Assembly (NCBI RefSeq): GCF_000018785.1
Contig: NC_010163.1
Location: 660,001-692,000, forward strand
Length of the DNA: 32,000 nt
Reading direction: 5' to 3'
Origin: Acholeplasma laidlawii PG-8A
Lineage (GTDB): Bacteria > Bacillota_I > Bacilli_A > Acholeplasmatales > Acholeplasmataceae
Below the pieces are notes generated by a model, which was not told where the DNA came from, made no database searches, and worked only from the letters and a program-made list of their open reading frames with translations. Every line of letters starts with the position of its first letter. Position 1 is the first letter of the stretch. Below are positions 26,091 through 32,000 of the stretch, one piece after another. Both the position numbers and the translations under genes were made by a program.

Positions 26091-27371
26091 TTATTTTAAA
26101 TGAAATATAATAGGTTCGTTACGAAGTGGTAATGAGCCATTTTTAACTTCATGAAGTTTGTTAGTAAGTATATTTAGATATTTACCGTCAGTTAGATCCA
26201 CTTTGATACTTGATAGATTTTCAAGATTAAATATACCAATAAGTTTTTCGTTACCTAAATGATATTCTAAATGAGCAATACTATCAGTGTTCACAAAGTG
26301 ATAAGTACCTTTACTCATGATATCTAATTTTTTAATAGAGGATAGTTTTGTGATAAGGTCTTCAATACTTTCATCTTTATTCCAAGGTACTAAATCCATT
26401 TCAAATAAATCAGGTCTCTTTGTGACTTGATGTTCTTGACCAGCATAGATCATTGGCATACCTTTTAAGAAAAATTGTAGTGCTGTCATTTGAATGAGTT
26501 TGGTTTTGTTACCAACCTTATGAGCAATTCTATCTTGGTCATGGTTTTCAAATGATCTAAGTTTGACGAAATTCTTCGGATAAGTTGCTTCTTGACGCCA
26601 CAATTCAAACAAATAACGTTTTAGAGTGTCTTTTCCATTTAAGTAGTCGTCCATAAAGTCAAAGACATCATAATCATAAGCGACATCAAATACTTCATAC
26701 ATTTGAGAATCTGAAAATGCATCATAACCCATATCACGAATATATTTGATAAAGCCTAAATGAACTGATTCAGTTAGCCAAATCATATTTGGGTTTACTT
26801 GCTCAACTTTAACTCTAGCTTCCTTCCAAAAATCAAGAGGAAGAAGTGGTGCTACGTCACATCTAAAACCATCAACAAATTGTGCCCAATATTTTAATAC
26901 GTCGATAAGGTAATCCCATATAGCTCTGTGAGATAGAAAGTCAAAATCAGTTATATCTGACCAATCCCCTACTCTATTAGCAAATGAACCATCTGGTTTC
27001 TTATAAAACCATTCAGGATGTTTTTGAGTTAATATGGAGTCTCTAGAAGTATGGTTAAATACAATATCTATCATGATTTTCATGTCTCTTTGATGGATTT
27101 CTTTAACTAATGCTTTAAAATCCTCTAGTGTGCCATATAATGGGTCGATTGCATAGTAATCATAAATAGCATAAGGACTTCCAATAGACCCTTTTCTATC
27201 TTTTTCTCCAATTGGATGAAACGGTAGGAGGTAGACAATGTCTACCCCTAACGATTTAATTCTGTCTAAGTCTTCAATAATACCTTTAAAATCACTTGTT
27301 TTGGAGTGTTGTCTTGTAAATATTTGATAGACAACTTTGTTTTTTAGTTCATGAGAAGTTTGTTTTGCCAT
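26091..27371 (-). CDS. Cytoplasmic GH13 alpha-amylase family enzyme
   Basis: GH13 regions DIVFNHTS, GFRCDVAPL, WLTES and FENHDQDR, with no signal peptide. I placed the start at ATG 27371, 8 nt after AAAGGA. The ORF track start is 27392. Confidence 0.85.
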   Translation of the reverse strand: MAKQTSHELKNKVVYQIFTRQHSKTSDFKGIIEDLDRIKSLGVDIVYLLPFHPIGEKDRKGSIGSPYAIYDYYAIDPLYGTLEDFKALVKEIHQRDMKIMIDIVFNHTSRDSILTQKHPEWFYKKPDGSFANRVGDWSDITDFDFLSHRAIWDYLIDVLKYWAQFVDGFRCDVAPLLPLDFWKEARVKVEQVNPNMIWLTESVHLGFIKYIRDMGYDAFSDSQMYEVFDVAYDYDVFDFMDDYLNGKDTLKRYLFELWRQEATYPKNFVKLRSFENHDQDRIAHKVGNKTKLIQMTALQFFLKGMPMIYAGQEHQVTKRPDLFEMDLVPWNKDESIEDLITKLSSIKKLDIMSKGTYHFVNTDSIAHLEYHLGNEKLIGIFNLENLSSIKVDLTDGKYLNILTNKLHEVKNGSLPLRNEPIIFHLK

Positions 27372-27375
27372 ATTA

Positions 27376-28767
27376 TTATCCTTTCGTTGCACCTGCCATG
27401 ATACCTTCGATTAAATATCTTTGGAATACCATATAAATTACGGCGATTGGAACCCCAACAATTAATGATGCTGCAGCAAATGCTGGGTAGTTTAAGTCAT
27501 ATTGACCGTTGATAAACGAGAAGATACCAACAGCTAATGTCCATTGTTCTTGAACCTGATCCAAGCTATTACCTGGAGCAGGAACATTTAGTAAGTAACC
27601 CGGTAACATATAATCCATCCATGGTGCCATAAACATTGAAACGGCAACAAACGTTAGGATAGGTACGGATAACGGTAGAATGATGTGTACAAATATTTTC
27701 ACCTTTGAAGCACCATCAATCATTGCGGATTCGTCTAGATCTCTAGGAATTTGAGACAAGAACCCTTTAATTAACCATAAGTTACCTGGAATTGCACCAC
27801 CAATATATAGAATTGTTAGGTAAAGAGGTTGCCCAAGTAAACCGAACTTCCAGAATAATACATACATTGCAATTAATCCCATGAATGAAGGGAAAGCTTG
27901 AAGAACTAATATAGTTAATAATCCAGCTTTTTTACCTTTAAAGGAGTATCTTGCAAATACATAAGAAGCACCAGTAATGATGATAGTACCTACAATCATG
28001 TTGATGAATGCAATGATCAGTGTATTTAAATACCATTTACCAAAGCTAGAATCTGGTGAGTTAAATAGATAATCAAACCCATTCCAAGTAGGATTGCTTG
28101 GCCATATTGTGTTAGGTATTGTAGATGTACCAGGTGAGAATGCCATACCAAAGATATAGATAACAGGTACTAATACAACAACGACAAGTAGAGTTAACTC
28201 TGCATTTATTAAGAGTTTTATAAGTATGTTTTTAATACTAAAAGTTGCTTTAATTGATAATTTTGATGTATTACGTCTTTTTGGGCTGTTAGCGTAGTGA
28301 ATAAATCCATAAATTGGAACTAACCCAATTAAACCTGGCAATGTACCCTCGTACCCTTTTTTTGCTGCATATTCTACAACAAGTCCTTGATGTACCAAAA
28401 ATATGAGTATTACTATAAAGGTAATCATTAAAGTACTTGCAAAATTATTTTTAAAAGAAACATAAACCATCAGTGATACTGGTATCAAGATAACTGTTAA
28501 TATCAGTAATGCTAGAAATACAAACCCAATCTTTTTAGATACTACTTCAGGAGAGAGTAAGTAATCAAACTCTTCTTTGGTTACATGTGGTTTTAAATTT
28601 GGAAGTTCATTTACGTAATAATTTCCATAGAATGGTAACATAGATATTATTTGAATTTTTCTGTTGTGTTCATAGCCTTTTTTCTTAGCTATGTCATGAA
28701 TAATTAAGTAGTTAGAAGTAATTGCCCAAACTACTATAAACAATATTAGAAGTATTAAGATTTCCAT
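27376..28767 (-). CDS. malG: Maltodextrin-type ABC permease (MalG-like) with a ~185-aa N-terminal membrane extension
   Basis: The C-terminal ~275 aa form a typical CUT1 permease core with the EAA loop (ESAMIDGASKVKIF). The N-terminal 185 aa add extra TM segments and an internal repeat. SD AGGAGGA is present. Confidence 0.8.
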   Translation of the reverse strand: MEILILLILFIVVWAITSNYLIIHDIAKKKGYEHNRKIQIISMLPFYGNYYVNELPNLKPHVTKEEFDYLLSPEVVSKKIGFVFLALLILTVILIPVSLMVYVSFKNNFASTLMITFIVILIFLVHQGLVVEYAAKKGYEGTLPGLIGLVPIYGFIHYANSPKRRNTSKLSIKATFSIKNILIKLLINAELTLLVVVVLVPVIYIFGMAFSPGTSTIPNTIWPSNPTWNGFDYLFNSPDSSFGKWYLNTLIIAFINMIVGTIIITGASYVFARYSFKGKKAGLLTILVLQAFPSFMGLIAMYVLFWKFGLLGQPLYLTILYIGGAIPGNLWLIKGFLSQIPRDLDESAMIDGASKVKIFVHIILPLSVPILTFVAVSMFMAPWMDYMLPGYLLNVPAPGNSLDQVQEQWTLAVGIFSFINGQYDLNYPAFAAASLIVGVPIAVIYMVFQRYLIEGIMAGATKG

Positions 28768-28770
28768 ATA

Positions 28771-31230
28771 TTAATCCTCCTGGAATGCTTTGGTTCTAGA
28801 TAAGTTCCAAGCTGTCAAACTACCTACGAATATGAAGATGAGTACAGAAAAGACCGAAGCTAAGTTATAAATTTGATGATCAGTTGTCAATCTGTACATC
28901 CATGAAATCAGGATGTCAGTCTGTCCTGCAAATCCACTATTGACATCATTTAAGTTACCTGGTCCACCACCTGTGATAAAGTAGATGACACCGAAATTAT
29001 TAAAGTTCCCAGAGAATGTCATGATTAGAATGGGCGCTGTTGAATATAGGACAAGTGGCATTGTAATAGATCTTAGTTTTTGGAATCCGGTTGCACCATC
29101 AATATCAGCTGCTTCATAAAGTGATTTATCTATAGCAGTCATAATACCTGTCATTAAAGCCATAAAGTAAGGGAACCCTAACCAAATATTAAGAACGATA
29201 ATTACAGTCTTAACAAAGTTTGGATTATTTTCATTTGTAAACCACTGAATATTTTCATGGCCTAACCAGAAATACTTAGCGAAACCACTCACTTGATTAT
29301 AAGCTTGACCTAGTATACCCCAATCAATAAAAATATCGTATATACCAAGTTGCATCAGTAATTGGTTAATAAATCCTGTTTCATTAAACATGACACTAAA
29401 TACCATTTGAGATAGTAATGCAGGAATCGCCCATGGAAGAATTAAAATAGTTCTCCATAGTTTTCTAAAGACTACAGATTCTGCATTTAAAATAAGTGCT
29501 TGGAAGAAACCACCAAAGAAAACAGTTACTGTTGAAAATACTGCCCAAATAAGTGTCCATGTAAGAACACGCCAGAAAGCATTACCAAAACCTTGACCAA
29601 TGCTTGAGTTAGGGTCAAATACTGTAATAAAGTTTGTAAATCCAACCCAATCGAATAATTTATCCATAGAACCATTACCACCAATGGATGTAAAGGCTAA
29701 TACAAAGCCGAATGCAATTGGCATAATAGAAATAAATGCTAATACAAACATTGCAGGTGATAAAATGATATATTCAAAACCATTATCCCAAACTGACTTA
29801 AAGTATGATTTTGTATCTAGTATTTCCTTTTCTTTTCTTCGTTGTTCAGACACCTTGTATGTATCAAGTGCTGACCATATACCAAAGATAAAGAAGAATA
29901 GGGATAAAATGACCATAATTAAACCATCAAGTAATAGTAATGTTGAAATATGACCACGTATATTCACTTGACCTTCAAAATTAATATTAACGCTTCTTAG
30001 GTTTGAATTTGAAGACTCACCAGGTAATCCAATCATTGCATGTTCTAATGCTAAATGACCATTTAATCTAACTTGTTCAGTTTGACCAAGTGTTAGGACT
30101 TCCCAATAACCTTTAACAAACATACCTGCACGATCATAGAAGAAATTATTGAAATCTTTCATGTACTGTGCTTTGAAATCAGGATGTAGATCCATATAAA
30201 CACGAACCATTAATTTAACAAAATCTTGAGATTGTGTAGGGTTAATAGTGTGTACTTGGACAACTGCACGTCTAAATAATGTTGAAAAAGGCGTTTGTTT
30301 GTATTGTGCACGCACTGTATTATGAATCAATCCTGGTTCATAATATTCATAAAGTGTACCGTTTAACTCATAAACTGGTCCTAAGATATTAGTAACAGCA
30401 GTTGGTGAGAAACCAGCACCAGATTCTTTTAAGCTAAATGTGTCATTAGACAGTAATAAGAATCTTTGTTGGTCTGTATTTATGAAAACTTCAACATAAT
30501 ACTCATTTGTATCAGTATCTTTAAATAGTTTACCGGTTTTTCTAAAAGGTGTTAAACCCTGTACACTTGTGATAATCGATGGATTATCCATACGGTTAAA
30601 CACATGAGTTTCAAAGTACTCAGTTATTTGTTGACCTGCAACAGCTTGACTTGAAATAGGTAAGTAGAACTTATGATTCACTTCATCCCAATACATGTTG
30701 CTATTTTCTAATGTAATTAAACGTTTAGCATTTGCTGAATCAAAGTCTTCAGCTCTTGTTTCATTCGTTGTACCGAACTCGGTATATCGTAAATAGGATG
30801 CCTCTTTTAAATCTCTTGCGAGGAATTCTATGAAACGTTCTTCAGTAAATAGTTTGGCGGTTGGATTTTGTGATCCAGTAGCACCACCATAATATCCCCC
30901 GTTTGGTTTTTCTTCAACACCAATTTCATCTAAAAAAGCTTCAAAGGAAGCGATTCTGTTAGAAGAACTTTGTAAGATTTGGCCATCATAGAATTGGAAT
31001 AAGGATTTCTCAAACCATTCACCAAATGACTCCCCGGCAATCTTATTAAGTGCTATTTCATTTTCTGTGGTTTCTTCATAAAAATAATTAGAAGTTGCGA
31101 GCTCTAATGTTACGAAAATAGCAAAGAAAATGAAGAAAAATAGTGCTTTTAAATATTGTCTATTAAAGACTTGACCTATACCCCATATTAGCCCCGATAG
31201 TATAGATTTTATTATACTCCATGCCTTCAT
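28771..31230 (-). CDS. malF: Maltodextrin-type ABC permease (MalF-like) with a ~375-aa extracytoplasmic insertion
   Basis: The C-terminal ~350 aa form a CUT1 permease core (EAADIDGATGFQKLRSITMP). The N-terminal TM hairpin motif GLIWGIGQVFNRQY is followed by a large soluble domain (about aa 51-427) before the next TM. SD AAAGAGGTG is present. Confidence 0.8.
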   Translation of the reverse strand: MKAWSIIKSILSGLIWGIGQVFNRQYLKALFFFIFFAIFVTLELATSNYFYEETTENEIALNKIAGESFGEWFEKSLFQFYDGQILQSSSNRIASFEAFLDEIGVEEKPNGGYYGGATGSQNPTAKLFTEERFIEFLARDLKEASYLRYTEFGTTNETRAEDFDSANAKRLITLENSNMYWDEVNHKFYLPISSQAVAGQQITEYFETHVFNRMDNPSIITSVQGLTPFRKTGKLFKDTDTNEYYVEVFINTDQQRFLLLSNDTFSLKESGAGFSPTAVTNILGPVYELNGTLYEYYEPGLIHNTVRAQYKQTPFSTLFRRAVVQVHTINPTQSQDFVKLMVRVYMDLHPDFKAQYMKDFNNFFYDRAGMFVKGYWEVLTLGQTEQVRLNGHLALEHAMIGLPGESSNSNLRSVNINFEGQVNIRGHISTLLLLDGLIMVILSLFFFIFGIWSALDTYKVSEQRRKEKEILDTKSYFKSVWDNGFEYIILSPAMFVLAFISIMPIAFGFVLAFTSIGGNGSMDKLFDWVGFTNFITVFDPNSSIGQGFGNAFWRVLTWTLIWAVFSTVTVFFGGFFQALILNAESVVFRKLWRTILILPWAIPALLSQMVFSVMFNETGFINQLLMQLGIYDIFIDWGILGQAYNQVSGFAKYFWLGHENIQWFTNENNPNFVKTVIIVLNIWLGFPYFMALMTGIMTAIDKSLYEAADIDGATGFQKLRSITMPLVLYSTAPILIMTFSGNFNNFGVIYFITGGGPGNLNDVNSGFAGQTDILISWMYRLTTDHQIYNLASVFSVLIFIFVGSLTAWNLSRTKAFQED

Positions 31231-31267
31231 TATGTAACACCTCTTTATTGTGACTATAATTGAATGG

Positions 31268-31291
31268 AGGCGATAGGAAAACCTATCGCCT
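31268..31291 (-). promoter_or_regulatory. Perfect 10-bp stem-loop in the malE-malF intercistronic region (no U-tract)
   Basis: AGGCGATAGG (31268-31277), loop AAAA, CCTATCGCCT (31282-31291). It is GC-rich relative to its surroundings. It sits between the binding-protein stop (31330) and the MalF-like start (31230). Confidence 0.6.
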
Positions 31292-31329
31292 ACTCATTCT
31301 TTCTTAAATATACTTGTTGCGAAAACTAA

Positions 31330-32000
31330 TTATTGACCGCCTAGACCAGCTTGTGCACGGTATGCATTTTCAGCTGCAACCACAGCTTCAGAAATCACTG
31401 TAGCAGGGTTGTTCCAAACAGATATAATCATTGATTCACCTGGACCCCAGTAGTATTGAACTGCAGGGATTGTAGGCATTGGAATTGCACTTTCTAACTG
31501 TAATGAAATTGCAGGTAGATAAGGATCTGTACTGAAACCATCGATATTTGGTAATAGTTCAGGCTTTAAAGCAGGTAATTTATTTTTCATCTTTAATTGT
31601 AATTCCATAGCTTTATCGCTCATTAGGAATTCTAAGAATGCTGTTGCAGCTTCTTTATTATTAGAATACTTGTAAATTGCAGCCATTTGAGCACCTGCAA
31701 ATGGAGCACCTTGTACGCCACCTACTGATGGTAATGGAGCGATACCGAAGTTTAGACCTTCTGTACCAGCATATTCTTCAATATTCCATGGACCAGCAAT
31801 AATGTAAGGGATGTTACCAGCTACGAAGTTAGCACCAGCACCCACTGAGTTGTGGTTGTTGTTACCAGTTGTAGCAGGTTTTAATTTATCACGGAACCAA
31901 GTTAATGCAGCAACTGCATCTGCAAATCCTACAGCACTTGGATCATCTAGGTTTTCACCAAACGGTTGGAAGCCTAATGCAGAGTAGAATGTTTGCATGA
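31330..32000 (-). CDS. malE: Maltose/maltodextrin-binding protein (MalE/MdxE-like), C-terminal part only; the gene continues beyond the window
   Basis: AAIYKYSNNKEAATAFLEFLMSDKAMELQL, PALK, MPTIPAVQYYW and AVVAAENAY are typical of the C-terminal lobe of family 1 sugar SBPs. The ORF is open to the window edge. Confidence 0.8.
   Translation of the reverse strand, partial: MQTFYSALGFQPFGENLDDPSAVGFADAVAALTWFRDKLKPATTGNNNHNSVGAGANFVAGNIPYIIAGPWNIEEYAGTEGLNFGIAPLPSVGGVQGAPFAGAQMAAIYKYSNNKEAATAFLEFLMSDKAMELQLKMKNKLPALKPELLPNIDGFSTDPYLPAISLQLESAIPMPTIPAVQYYWGPGESMIISVWNNPATVISEAVVAAENAYRAQAGLGGQ

Noticed and set aside
1-32000. Mycoplasma-type genetic code (TGA = Trp), given the low GC content and Mollicutes-like gene content
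   Set aside because: Long ORFs are intact under the standard code. Several genes end in TGA (for example mcrC, the RNase III-like gene and the esterase). Conserved Trp positions use TGG. Table 11 fits.

Overview
Low-GC (about 30%) genome window from a Firmicutes/Mollicutes-like organism. The standard genetic code applies: TGA acts as a stop, Trp is TGG, and no long ORF contains an in-frame TGA. Lipoboxes, Shine-Dalgarno sites, a T-box leader and a cre-like operator are visible. The lineage guess (Acholeplasma- or Erysipelotrichia-like) is inference only.

The window has three parts.

(1) 1-5684 is an accessory-looking, gene-sparse region. It holds mcrC (its mcrB partner would lie upstream, outside the window). 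Next come two paralogous small HExxH(AYQ) zincin-like proteins, the second preceded by a translationally coupled 21-codon micro-ORF. Then comes an atypical 335-aa RNase III-domain protein with intact catalytic motifs and two dsRBD-like C-terminal segments. After it lie three perfectly phased 20-bp tandem repeats, a tRNA-like acceptor/T-arm fragment, and about 400 nt of non-coding DNA closed by an intrinsic terminator. A lipoprotein gene and a mini-ORF follow. The same-strand mcrC / zincin / zincin / RNase III / non-coding block is my best candidate for an undescribed defence-type system.

(2) 5685-20900 is ordinary housekeeping: HAD phosphatase, PlsC-like acyltransferase, GltS-family symporter, MarR plus MacB-type ABC exporter, esterase, two convergent pseudouridine synthases, satP, a T-box-controlled polar amino acid ABC importer, an FNT channel, an SDR and msrB. 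The T-box has a candidate Arg (CGU) specifier and a duplicated 3' half.

(3) 20944-32000 is a maltodextrin/starch utilisation cluster. It contains malQ, a GH13 alpha-glucosidase, a neopullulanase-type GH13, a cytoplasmic GH13 amylase, an extended MalG-like permease, a giant MalF-like permease and a partial MalE-like binding protein. There is no ATPase gene in the window.

No rRNA, intact tRNA, CRISPR array or transposase was recognised.
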